A DNA stretch of 37,221 nt from Nitrospirota bacterium (GTDB lineage Bacteria; Nitrospirota; JAOUDF01), in NCBI GenBank assembly GCA_029859385.1, contig JAOUDF010000003.1, positions 1 to 37,221 of the forward strand, in the 5' to 3' direction. Shown piece after piece: positions 1 to 8,197 of this stretch (its first letter is position 1; every line of letters starts with the position of its first letter). A program made the position numbers and the translations under genes. The notes below the pieces were generated by a model, which saw only the letters and a program-made list of their open reading frames with translations, was not told the origin of the DNA and ran no database searches.

Positions 1-505
1 CGACCGATCGATCGGATGGCAAAAGCCTTTTAAAGGCCGGCAACAACTGCTCATAGGTGCTTCTCAGGTGTTGCGGCATGACCCGGACATCGCCCAGCAC
101 CGGCATGAAATTGGTATCGCCGCCCCAGCGCGGCACCACATGAACATGGAGATGATCGGCAACGCCCGCACCCGCAACCTTGCCCAAATTGATACCCACA
201 TTGAAGCCCTGCGGATTCATCGCCTCCCTGATCGCTTCCACCGCCATGCCCGTCACCGCCATCAGCTCCGCCTGGGTCTCGGCATCGAGGGAGGCGATCG
301 ATGCCTTGTGCGCGTAGGGTACCACCATGATATGGCCATTGTTGTAAGGGAAGATGTTCATGATGACGAAGGTGCGCCTGCCGCGCCAGAGGATATAGTT
401 CTCTCCGTCCCGGTCTTCGGCGGGCCGGTCACAGAGAAAGCAGCCATCGGCCTTGATCCCCGTCTCAATATATTCCATGCGCCAGGGCGCCCAGAGCCGC
501 TCCAT
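1..505 (-). CDS. HIT-family hydrolase (Ap4A hydrolase/phosphorylase-like), 3' end runs off the window
   Basis: Translated manually from ATG at 505: MERLWAPWRMEYI..GCFLC..NIFPYNNGHIMVVP..DHLHVHVVPRWGGDTNF, with the HxHxH triad. No stop before position 1, so it is absent from the ORF track. Confidence 0.9.
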   Translation of the reverse strand, partial: MERLWAPWRMEYIETGIKADGCFLCDRPAEDRDGENYILWRGRRTFVIMNIFPYNNGHIMVVPYAHKASIASLDAETQAELMAVTGMAVEAIREAMNPQGFNVGINLGKVAGAGVADHLHVHVVPRWGGDTNFMPVLGDVRVMPQHLRSTYEQLLPAFKRLLPSDRSV

Positions 506-517
506 CTTACCGTCTCC

Positions 518-1027
518 CTAGCCACCCCAGGCCATTTTGGAATAGGCTTCCGTCAGCTGTTCGCGGTATTCCTTGAAGAACTTCTCGTGGCTCTTCTCCC
601 ACCGGGCCAGCATCAGGAGCGCCATCTTCGCCTCCCCTTCAGCCTTCTCGGCCATCTTTTCGTAGAACTCGCTGAGGTCCTTTTCGATCAACCATGCGGT
701 ATTGAAGACCGCCACATCAGGGACCATCGATTCATACAGGCACTGTTCCAGGAACTCCTTCTTTGCCCGGTCATCGAAATAGTCAGTGGGTTCAAGGGCT
801 ATTTCACGAAGCTTCGAGAGGTCTACTTCTCCCTTGCCCTTCAGATCTTCAAGAATCTGGGTAATGAAGGCAATATGGCGCTTCTCTTCCTCAATCAACG
901 TTTTAAAGGCGCTGACCGCCTCGCCGACACCCATGCGTTGTATTGACGTTTCGAAAAAGGTCATACCCGTCTTTTCCTGGTTGAGCGCATACTCGAATAT
1001 CTTTATGAGGTTTTCGTTGTTTGACAT
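518..1027 (-). CDS. Ferritin-like / rubrerythrin-family diiron protein
   Basis: ALNQE..EEKRH and E..EKSH ExxH-type helices. ATG at 1027 is preceded by AAGGAG. Confidence 0.85.
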   Translation of the reverse strand: MSNNENLIKIFEYALNQEKTGMTFFETSIQRMGVGEAVSAFKTLIEEEKRHIAFITQILEDLKGKGEVDLSKLREIALEPTDYFDDRAKKEFLEQCLYESMVPDVAVFNTAWLIEKDLSEFYEKMAEKAEGEAKMALLMLARWEKSHEKFFKEYREQLTEAYSKMAWGG

Positions 1028-1151
1028 CGCCACTCCTTTCGCTGCTCTTTGAGAAAGATTTACAGAGTCGAAAATACATGTTTTATGAAATTGTATCAAG
1101 AACGAACATCCGGGGATGCTTCAGGATCGGCCAAAACCGATAAACAGACAC

Positions 1152-1185
1152 AAAAAAGGCGCCGAAGGTGACCCTTGCGACGCCT
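1152..1185 (-). terminator. Intrinsic terminator after the nucleotidyltransferase gene
   Basis: On the minus strand, AGGCGTCGCAAGG-GTCA-CCTTCGGCGCCT forms a hairpin followed by a T run. Confidence 0.75.
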
Positions 1186-1232
1186 CACTAATTCTAGAAA
1201 TACAACGGCCGCCAGCCCAGTGGCCGACAACC

Positions 1233-2156
1233 TCAGACAGTAACCTTGCAGACAAATCCTTTCTTTTTCTGGGCAGGGGCCGTTTCAAGCGGGTATGCCA
1301 CACCAAATACCTGCCGCCACTTCTCCTGGGCAAATCCGTCGTACCCCGCGGAGCTGAACTGGATCGCCTCATCCGCCAGTTTCAGCGAACGGGCCGCGAT
1401 ATGCTGGAACTTCCCCTGCGACCAGATATACTGGCCGCTGCCAACCGTCATCATAGTGTCCCGTTCGGGTCTCTCCGCAAGATATTTCATGAAATCGCGA
1501 CACATCCAGTCGTAGTAGAGCACAGACTTGTCCCTGTACCGCCAGTCCTTTATGAAGTTATACGCCAGCGTATCCAGTTGCAGTCCGCCCACAGGAACCG
1601 ACCAGAGGTTCTTCCAGGCCCTCATCATCCGGCAGAGCCACTTGAGGTTGCCGTTGGTCTGGCTGCTCATGGCGGCGATGGTCTCTATCTCCGCCTTCGG
1701 GTGCGTCGTTTTCCAGCTCCCTCCCAGGTTGGCGTCGGGACAGGTATAGCTGCCGTCCTTGTTGAGGAAGGCAGGCACTATCTCGAAGGCCACGCCATCG
1801 GGATAGCTGATGACGACAGCCTGTCCATTGGCGCCAATCCTGGCATTGGGGAATGTCTTCTGAAGAGACGCCTGTACATCGAGCAGAAGGGAGAACTGCC
1901 CGTTGGGTTTCATGGAGGCGTATCGCTCATAGCTTTCATCGGGAAGACAGAAGATCATATCAAGGTCGATACAGCCGCGAATGGCAGTACCCCTTCCGTA
2001 CGATCCGGTGCAGAGGCTGTGGGCGGTCCTTGAATCCACCCCGCGAAAATCGGCATTGAGGCGCCGCACAACAAGGTGATACCGCTGCAGCAGGCCCTCC
2101 CGGTTATCGATAACCAGCCTGCCGCAAAATTCCCTGAAATCATCGCCTGCGCCCAC
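1233..2156 (-). CDS. SMODS-domain / cGAS-DncV-like nucleotidyltransferase (CD-NTase)
   Basis: Motifs GSYGRGTAIxxxDLD, FEIVPAF, PDANLGGSWKTTHP, LKWLCRMMRAWK and KWRQVFG are typical of bacterial CD-NTases. The likely start is GTG at 2156, preceded by GGGAGG. Confidence 0.85.
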   Translation of the reverse strand: MGAGDDFREFCGRLVIDNREGLLQRYHLVVRRLNADFRGVDSRTAHSLCTGSYGRGTAIRGCIDLDMIFCLPDESYERYASMKPNGQFSLLLDVQASLQKTFPNARIGANGQAVVISYPDGVAFEIVPAFLNKDGSYTCPDANLGGSWKTTHPKAEIETIAAMSSQTNGNLKWLCRMMRAWKNLWSVPVGGLQLDTLAYNFIKDWRYRDKSVLYYDWMCRDFMKYLAERPERDTMMTVGSGQYIWSQGKFQHIAARSLKLADEAIQFSSAGYDGFAQEKWRQVFGVAYPLETAPAQKKKGFVCKVTV

Positions 2157-2231
2157 AGTCTTCCTCCCGTCATCAAACTCGTTAAAGCCTTCCGGGCGAC
2201 AACCGCCCGAAAGAGTATCTGTAACGAGTAG

Positions 2232-2248
2232 AGCAACAGGAGTGCCAG
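2232..2248 (-). promoter_or_regulatory. Sigma54 (RpoN) -24/-12 promoter upstream of the CD-NTase gene
   Basis: Minus strand CTGGCACTCCTGTTGCT fits TGGCAC-N5-TTGC with exact GG-N10-GC spacing, about 75 bp upstream of the start codon. Confidence 0.75.
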
Positions 2249-2272
2249 ACGGCGGAACTGGGTAACCAACTG

Positions 2273-2309
2273 AAAAATAATGGGCCGCCCCCCTTCCGGG
2301 GATCGGCCC
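2273..2309 (-). terminator. Probable intrinsic terminator of msrAB
   Basis: GGGCCG-ATCCCC-GGAA-GGGGGG-CGGCCC GC-rich hairpin followed by ATTATTTTT. Confidence 0.55.
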
Positions 2310-2369
2310 TTCAATCAACAGCGTGCCTTTTTGTATCTAGCGGTTTCCTTCATGTAACTGCACGAAGAG

Positions 2370-3443
2370 TTATTTGAACAACCGCTGATATTCGCCATAG
2401 CCCTCCTTTTCCAGCGCGTCTTTCGGGATAAAACGGAGGGCGGCCGAGTTGATGCAGTAACGCAGCCCTGCGGGCTGAGGACCATCGTTGAAGAGATGAC
2501 CGAGGTGCGAGTCGCCGCGGGCGCTCCTTACTTCAGTCCGCACCGTAAAGAGGGAACGGTCTGCCTTCTCCACCATATTCCCCGCTTCGAGGGGCTTGGT
2601 AAAGCTCGGCCATCCCGTCCCCGAGTCGAACTTGTCGGTGGAGGCAAAGAGCGGCTCGCCGGAAACGACGTCAACATAGATACCCTCCTTCTTATTGTCC
2701 CAGTATTCGTTGTCGAAAGGGGGTTCGGTGCCGTTCTCCTGGGTCACTTTATATTGCAGCGGGGTAAGTTTCGATTTCAGCTCTTCCCTGCCCATCTTTT
2801 TCCCTTCAGGATGCCCGCCCCAGGTCTTTTTCAGAAACTGGTCCCGCCCCGAGTTATACCGGTAATACTTGTAACGAACCGGGTTCCTCTTATGGTAGTC
2901 CTGGTGATAATCTTCGGCCCGATAGAACGTCGACGCCTTGATAATCTCCGTTGCAATCGGCTTGTTGAAGACCCCTGATTTACCCAAGGCAGCCTTTGAC
3001 TCCTCCGCCAGCCGCCGTTGCTCGTCGCTATGGTAGAAGATCGCCGACCTGTACTGACCTCCCCTGTCAACAAACGACCCACCCGCATCGGTGGGGTCGA
3101 TCTGCCGCCAGAAGACATCGAGAAGTTGCGCGTACGTCACCTTCGCCGGGTCATAGACCACCTCTATCGACTCCAGATGCCCGGTCCTCCCCGACGAAAC
3201 CTCATCATAGGCAGGGTTATCCTTATGACCGCCGGTGTAGCCGGAGATCACCTCCATGACGCCATCGAGCTTCTCAAAGGGGGGCTCCATGCACCAGAAG
3301 CAGCCCCCGGCAAAGGTGGCCTTTTCATATCTTTCAGGAACAGTCTTCATGGAATCAACCCTCTTGTTTTCATTGCTTTCAATATTGGTGCAGCCGCCAA
3401 GGATTGCGACAAATACCAGAAGTGTAAAAATCCATATTCTCAT
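2370..3443 (-). CDS. msrAB: Bifunctional peptide-methionine sulfoxide reductase MsrA/MsrB with lipoprotein signal
   Basis: MsrA motifs GGCFWC and AEDYHQDY. MsrB motifs [18 protein letters not shown] and RYCINS. N-terminal hydrophobic stretch ending LGGC (lipobox). Confidence 0.95.
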   Translation of the reverse strand: MRIWIFTLLVFVAILGGCTNIESNENKRVDSMKTVPERYEKATFAGGCFWCMEPPFEKLDGVMEVISGYTGGHKDNPAYDEVSSGRTGHLESIEVVYDPAKVTYAQLLDVFWRQIDPTDAGGSFVDRGGQYRSAIFYHSDEQRRLAEESKAALGKSGVFNKPIATEIIKASTFYRAEDYHQDYHKRNPVRYKYYRYNSGRDQFLKKTWGGHPEGKKMGREELKSKLTPLQYKVTQENGTEPPFDNEYWDNKKEGIYVDVVSGEPLFASTDKFDSGTGWPSFTKPLEAGNMVEKADRSLFTVRTEVRSARGDSHLGHLFNDGPQPAGLRYCINSAALRFIPKDALEKEGYGEYQRLFK

Positions 3444-3608
3444 GCCTATCTCACCCCATGGATTACCTTACCTATAAATATATCATCATTCCCCAATATC
3501 TCGTCCGAGTATGGATATAAGATATTCGCGATCTCTGGGGGGAGTATCCAATAAAGCCAACAGAGTCCATCTGTTATTACGTCGGCGGTTAAACAAGTGA
3601 AACATCCT

Positions 3609-3671
3609 GTCATGCCCGAGTGATTCTATCGGGCATCCAGTGGTATGAATTCCCGCTTTCCCGGAAACGAC
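3609..3671. repeat. Degenerate GTCA..TGAC-type REP-like palindromic element
   Basis: GTCATGCCCGA-GTGATTCTA-TCGGGCATCCAG followed by GAATTCCCGCTTTCCCGGAAACGAC. Same architecture as 12264-12365. Confidence 0.55.
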
Positions 3672-4086
3672 GTCCTTTCAGTATTTTATTGCCGCAGCAA
3701 TAACAACAAACCACTCCCAATGAAACGACAATCATTTTCCGCATAAAGCGTATATAGCCGTCACAACACCACAAGCTAACATTCAGAAACCTCAAAAATA
3801 TCTCTTCCATCTTCAATCATGTATCGCAAAAAAAACTTACTAAATCAAACTCTTGACGGCAAACTACTGATGTATTAATTTTTTTAAATCTTTTACCGTC
3901 TCGTCGTCGCGTGCGGCAACTATCAGTGAGACAGTTGATATTGCACTGTATTAACCGCGAGATGGAGCGTGTCATTGGAGAAGGCTCGAAGGCTTCTCGA
4001 TCAGCAAACATCTTTAGAAACCCAAGATAAGTTAGCCACAACTATCTATTGGTTTTAACTATACAAACAACCAAGGAGGAGAAACC

Positions 4087-4773
4087 GTGAACAAATGTTT
4101 ATTGTTGGCAGCGATAGTGGTGCTTGGTATATCGAATATAGCCCATGCTGATCTGATCAATCGGGGCGGCGGTACATCAGCCCACGGCACATATAACCTG
4201 ATCTACGACACCGACCGCAACATCACATGGTATGACTACACCAATTCACAGGACACTTGGTGGAATCAGGTAGACTGGGCATCGAACCTGTCGGTCACAT
4301 TTGATGGCCAGACGTTTATCAACTGGCGCCTGCCGGAGACGGTAGACGGCGTTTATTCCTATAAATATAAATATGACAGTAGCGCCACCGCCGGCTTCAA
4401 CATTACCAGTAGCGAGCTTGGCCACCTGTATTACACAGAGCTTGGGAACTTGGGTATGTACGATACAAACGGACATCCTCGCGCTGCCGGAACTTACGGC
4501 CTTATAAACAGCGCCCCCTTCCAGAACTTGCTTTCTAACTCCTATTGGTCGGGCACGGAGCACGCGCTCACGCTTACTCCTGACGCGTGGATATTCTCTA
4601 CTTCTTTCGGTAACCAGTATATATACACGCAGGGCCTCTACTTACACGCTTTGGCTGTGCATGATGGCGATGTTGCAGCCGCGCCGCTGCCCGCGCCGGA
4701 ACCCACTACTTGGCTGCTGCTGGGAAGCGGTCTTGTCGGCTTGGTGGCATTTAGGAAGGTGATCAATCGTTAG
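4087..4773 (+). CDS. PEP-CTERM sorting domain surface protein (DUF1566/Lcl-like core)
   Basis: Signal peptide, core WRLP..SELGHLYY..YWSGT, and C-terminal APEP-TM-RK motif (APEPTTWLLLGSGLVGLVAFRK). AAGGAGG RBS before the GTG start. Confidence 0.9.
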   Translation: MNKCLLLAAIVVLGISNIAHADLINRGGGTSAHGTYNLIYDTDRNITWYDYTNSQDTWWNQVDWASNLSVTFDGQTFINWRLPETVDGVYSYKYKYDSSATAGFNITSSELGHLYYTELGNLGMYDTNGHPRAAGTYGLINSAPFQNLLSNSYWSGTEHALTLTPDAWIFSTSFGNQYIYTQGLYLHALAVHDGDVAAAPLPAPEPTTWLLLGSGLVGLVAFRKVINR

Positions 4774-4829
4774 CGGCGTATTACACGGCAACGTCTTCAC
4801 CCTTCGACCTAGCATAACCTGCTGCCTGA

Positions 4830-5033
4830 TTAATAATGCGGTGGGGGTACTTCCTCTGACAGGTCTTTGACGTCGGCGGGAATCAGGGCGCGAAGCTTTT
4901 GTTTGAGAAACTCGACGTCGCTGACAAGCTGGTCGATGGCCTTCTGCTGGGTGATAACCACCTCGTTAAGCTGCTGGATGGTCTCTTCATGCTGCATGAT
5001 ATGGAGTTCTATGTCGACAAGGCGGGATTCCAT
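4830..5033 (-). CDS. slyX: SlyX family protein
   Basis: 67-aa coiled coil (TIQQLNEVV) ending in the diagnostic PPPHY. GGAG RBS. Confidence 0.9.
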   Translation of the reverse strand: MESRLVDIELHIMQHEETIQQLNEVVITQQKAIDQLVSDVEFLKQKLRALIPADVKDLSEEVPPPHY

Positions 5034-5161
5034 AAACCTCTGATCTCCTCTTTTCTTCGAGTTTAATCAAGCTTATCACACCCACGGCCGATTTTATAAT
5101 GGTCTTCTCTCATCCGTCTTTGGTATCTTGTGTAACATGAAGCCCATTGGAACCGACCGGC

Positions 5162-6382
5162 ATGTATAAAAAACTCGCCATTATCGTCATACTGATCGCC
5201 ATTGTGGCCGGAGCGGTGTACCTCATCAAAAAGCCCCAGGCCGCCGTCCCGGTGAAGACCCTCACTGTCGCAAAGGGCGATTTCACCATCTCCGTCTCGT
5301 CTGCCACCACTTCCACGGTAAAGTCGGAGCGTGAAATCAACATAAGCGCGCAGCGCAACGGGAAGCTCATTGCCTTTTCCCTTAATGAGGGTGATCTCGT
5401 AAAGAAAGGGCAGGTGGTCGCCCGCCTCGACAGCGAGGAGGCCGAACTCCAGGTACAGCAGGCCGGAGCATCGCTGCGGCAGGCAAAGGCGCGCATCGGG
5501 CAGATCCAGGCCGAAATCACCATGGCTCGGGAATCATCCATGGCCCAGGTCGCCGAGGCAAAGGCCGCGCTGGATGAAGCCGCCAGCGACCTCAAGCGAA
5601 AGCAGATTTTGTTCGAGCGCGGGATGATCTCCCGGCAGGAGATCGACGCGGCGGTCGGCGCGGAGGGCGGGGCCCGGGGTCGCTACGACAACGCCATTGC
5701 CAATCGCGCCCAGGAGCAGATAAAGGAGGACGAGCTGACAACGGCCCGGGCACGGCTGAGAGAGCTCGAGGCCACTCTCGGCCTGACCAGCCTTCAGGTC
5801 GACTACGGCACGATCCACGCCCCCATCAATGGCGTGGTATCAAAAAAGCTGGTGGAGCAGGGGGAATATGTCATGACCGGCGCTCCACTGTTCCGGCTCA
5901 CCGATCCCGGCAACCTCTATATCGAAGTCGCCATCGACGAGTTCGACGCAAAATACCTCAAGCTGGGGCAGGCCGCCAAGGTGCGGATGGACGCCTTCCC
6001 CGGTGAGCATTTTACGGGCAGGGTGACGCTGGTCTCCCCCATTGTCATCGGTGAAAAGCTCCAGACAAGGACCTTCCTGGTGCGGGTGATGCTCGACGAC
6101 CGGAGGATAAAGATAGTCCCCGGCATGTCGGCCGATGTGGAGATCATCGCCCAGGAGGTGAGCGGGGTGCTGTCGATCCCCACTTCATCCATCGTGGAAA
6201 AGGACCAGCGGAAGATGGTCTATGTAGTCGCAGAGGGCAAGGCCGTCCTGACTCCTGTCACCAGGGGTATTACCACATGGAACGCAACGGAGATCACCGC
6301 GGGGCTGACGGAAGGGCGAAAGATCGTCACCAATCCCGAGGTACTGAACCTGCGCGACAATGTCCGGGTGAAGGAACAGTAG
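5162..6382 (+). CDS. Efflux transporter periplasmic adaptor subunit (HlyD/MacA-like MFP)
   Basis: N-terminal TM, lipoyl-like halves (EGDLVKKGQ, IHAPINGVV) around a coiled coil, and PGMSADVEI. Confidence 0.9.
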   Translation: MYKKLAIIVILIAIVAGAVYLIKKPQAAVPVKTLTVAKGDFTISVSSATTSTVKSEREINISAQRNGKLIAFSLNEGDLVKKGQVVARLDSEEAELQVQQAGASLRQAKARIGQIQAEITMARESSMAQVAEAKAALDEAASDLKRKQILFERGMISRQEIDAAVGAEGGARGRYDNAIANRAQEQIKEDELTTARARLRELEATLGLTSLQVDYGTIHAPINGVVSKKLVEQGEYVMTGAPLFRLTDPGNLYIEVAIDEFDAKYLKLGQAAKVRMDAFPGEHFTGRVTLVSPIVIGEKLQTRTFLVRVMLDDRRIKIVPGMSADVEIIAQEVSGVLSIPTSSIVEKDQRKMVYVVAEGKAVLTPVTRGITTWNATEITAGLTEGRKIVTNPEVLNLRDNVRVKEQ

Positions 6383-6401
6383 GCAGGCTGAAGAGAAAGG
6401 C

Positions 6402-6430
6402 TCGACAGTTCCTCAATAATTCTGTATCGT
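6402..6430 (+). promoter_or_regulatory. Possible sigma70 promoter of selC
   Basis: TCGACA-17 nt-TATCGT ending 11 nt before the tRNA. Confidence 0.4.
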
Positions 6431-6441
6431 TATGTCGACGA

Positions 6442-6539
6442 GGGAGCGGATAGGGTCTGGTGGCTCTTGCGGACTTCAAATCCGTGGGCGGACATCCCCG
6501 CGATGGCCGCGGTGGGTTCGATTCCCACCCCTCCCGCCA
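6442..6539 (+). tRNA. selC: tRNA-Sec (UCA)
   Basis: Anticodon loop CTTCAAA (TCA at 6476-6478), 6-bp D stem with TGGT loop, long variable arm, TTCGATT T-loop, G discriminator plus CCA. Adjacent to selD and selA. Confidence 0.97.
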
Positions 6540-6559
6540 GAACTGGAAACTAAAACCAG

Positions 6560-6680
6560 GAAACAGGAAATTTTTCGCAAGGTCAAGGCGGACGAAGAAT
6601 TGCGCGGAGGCGTACATTGAAGTACGTCGCACAAGCAATCCTGAAGTCCAACGCAGAGATTGCGGAAAAGGGCCTGTTTC
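6560..6680. repeat. About 120-nt imperfect palindrome (REP/MITE-like or structured RNA)
   Basis: Nested complementary blocks: GAAACAGG/CCTGTTTC, TTTTCGCAA/TTGCGGAAA, GGAC/GTCC, ATTGC/GCAAT, CGTAC-ATTGAA-GTACG. Confidence 0.6.
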
Positions 6681-6693
6681 AAAAGAGGTGTGC

Positions 6694-7116
6694 ATGACCT
6701 GGGGTTCCGTATATCTACATCGTCAGCGCGCCCCCCGCGTGAGCATCAGCCTGCCCGTCGAATACGATGCAGACGGCGCCTCCGATACGTTATCAGCCGA
6801 AGCCGCCGACAGCCTGAAGAAGACCGAATCCAAAAACATCAGTGAGGGCGGCCTGCTCCTGATACTCCCCGACAGGCTTGATCTCGATTCGACCATCACC
6901 GTCCGCATACATGTCCCCATCAAGTATTACACCGACAGAAACAAGATATCGCCTGTCCTCGCGAAGGCCCGCGTGGTCTGGACGGACCTGATCGCGGAGG
7001 GTTCATCGGGAGAGTACCACTGCGGCATCAGCTTCACCGACATTGCTCCGGAAGACCTGGCGCTGCTGAGGGAATTCATCAACCGCTGTCTCTCCTCGGA
7101 AAACCCGCTTAAATAA
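6694..7116 (+). CDS. PilZ domain protein
   Basis: RQRAPRVSISLPVEY..NISEGGL..ARVVW..GISF. GAGGTG RBS before ATG 6694. Confidence 0.85.
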   Translation: MTWGSVYLHRQRAPRVSISLPVEYDADGASDTLSAEAADSLKKTESKNISEGGLLLILPDRLDLDSTITVRIHVPIKYYTDRNKISPVLAKARVVWTDLIAEGSSGEYHCGISFTDIAPEDLALLREFINRCLSSENPLK

Positions 7117-7141
7117 TAACCTATACCCTGATGGTGCAATG

Positions 7142-8197
7142 ATGACCCAGAAAGAAAAGATACGCCTGACCCAACTGGCGTCCTGTTCCGGCTGAGCGGC
7201 CAAACTCAGTCTGAAAGACCTGTCCCAGGTGCTGGGGCAGCTGCCGAAAGGTGAAGACAACCCCAACGTCCTGGTCGGGCTTAACGACCCGGACGACGCG
7301 GGGGTTTACCGCCTTGACGACCGGATGGCCATGGTCCAGACGGTGGACTTCTTTCCGCCCATCGTGGACGACCCGTACGACTTTGGCGCCATTACGGCGA
7401 CCAACGCCATCAGCGATGTCTATGCCATGGGCGGCAGGCCCGTCACCGCGCTGAACCTGACGGCCTTTCCGGAGAAGGAGCTGGGAAGCGGCATACTTGA
7501 TAAAATACTCAAAGGCGGCCACGACAAGGCGGCCGAGGCAGGGGTCGCCGTCATCGGCGGACACTCCATAAACGACAAGGAAATAAAGTACGGCATGGCG
7601 GTGACCGGCCTCGTCGAGATCGAGAAGATGGTCACCAAGGGGGGTGGACGACCGGGAGATATACTGTACCTCACCAAACCCCTGGGAGTGGGGATCATTG
7701 CAACGGCGGCCAAGCGGGACCTGGCCCCGGAGAAGGCATTGAAAAAAGCCATCAAATCGATGAGTGAGCTCAACAGGGGCGCAGCGGAGGCCATGGTAGC
7801 CGCGGGAGTGCGGGGTGGAACCGACGTTACGGGATTCGGCCTTCTGGGGCACCTGTGGGAGATGCTGGTCGCGGGCAAGGTGGGGGCCGAGATATCGGCC
7901 TCGGCGATACCGGTGTTCGAAGAGGTCTGGGACCTGGCGTTGGCCGAGATAATGCCCGGCAGGACAAAGGTCAACCTCGATTATCTGAGCGAGCATATCG
8001 TCTTCGAAGGCAGGGTCCCGCCGCAGACCCGGCATATCCTCTGCGACCCGCAGACGTCGGGCGGGCTGCTCATCGCGGTTCCCGAGGCATCGAGAGAGAT
8101 ATTTCTGCGCGAGGCCGAAGCCCGGGGCGTAAAGACGGTGGCCGAAATAGGCCGGTTAGTCAAAGACAAGGAATGCAGGATAAGGGTGACGCCATAA
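7142..8197 (+). CDS. selD: Selenide, water dikinase (selenophosphate synthetase), Sec-containing
   Basis: MTQKEKIRLTQLASCSG-UGA(7193-7195)-AAKL is in frame with the downstream ORF containing DDAGVY, TVDFF, NAISDVYAMGG, TDVTGFGLLGH and DPQTSGGLL. An alternative ATG lies at 7139. Confidence 0.95.
7196..7240 (+). promoter_or_regulatory. Candidate bacterial SECIS hairpin(s) in selD
   Basis: Two stem-loops follow the UGA: CAGTCT-GAA-AGACCTG (7207-7222) and CTGTCCCAG-GTG-CTGGGGCAG (7220-7240). Confidence 0.5.

Noticed and set aside
68-946. Long + strand ORF of 292 aa, and similar long antisense ORFs (1116-2033, 12231-13229, 30842-32233, 34482-36521)
   Set aside because: These are shadow frames opposite well-recognised genes in GC-rich DNA. 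They have no family motifs and an odd His/Arg-rich composition.
1060-1100. Rex- or FNR-like box upstream of the ferritin-like gene
   Set aside because: Only one half-site matches.
1194-1235. Possible Sec read-through of the CD-NTase TGA (..CKVTV-U-GCRPLGWRPLYF) with a small hairpin after it
   Set aside because: The hairpin loop is only about 14 nt from the UGA, the region lies beyond the conserved domain, and no Cys-aligned homologous position is known to me.
1-2156. CD-NTase, ferritin-like and HIT genes as one three-gene signalling or defence operon
   Set aside because: A clear terminator (1152-1185) and about 200 bp separate the NTase from the ferritin-like gene, and both downstream genes look like ordinary housekeeping families. 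Only conserved synteny could revive the idea.
2157-2318. N-terminal 54 residues of the ORF-track CD-NTase call
   Set aside because: They overlap a terminator and the sigma54 site. A GTG with a good RBS at 2156 matches the family start.
3444-4086. Short ORFs and a possible sigma54/PrsR promoter in the AT-rich spacer before the PEP-CTERM gene
   Set aside because: The ORFs lack an RBS and motifs. I found no GG-N10-GC site with correct spacing.
6500-6560. selC as a prophage or island attachment site
   Set aside because: I saw no duplicate of the tRNA 3' end and no integrase in the window.
7855-8196. N-terminal 114 aa of the 580-aa selA ORF call
   Set aside because: This part overlaps selD in another frame. 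The real start is the coupled ATG at 8197.
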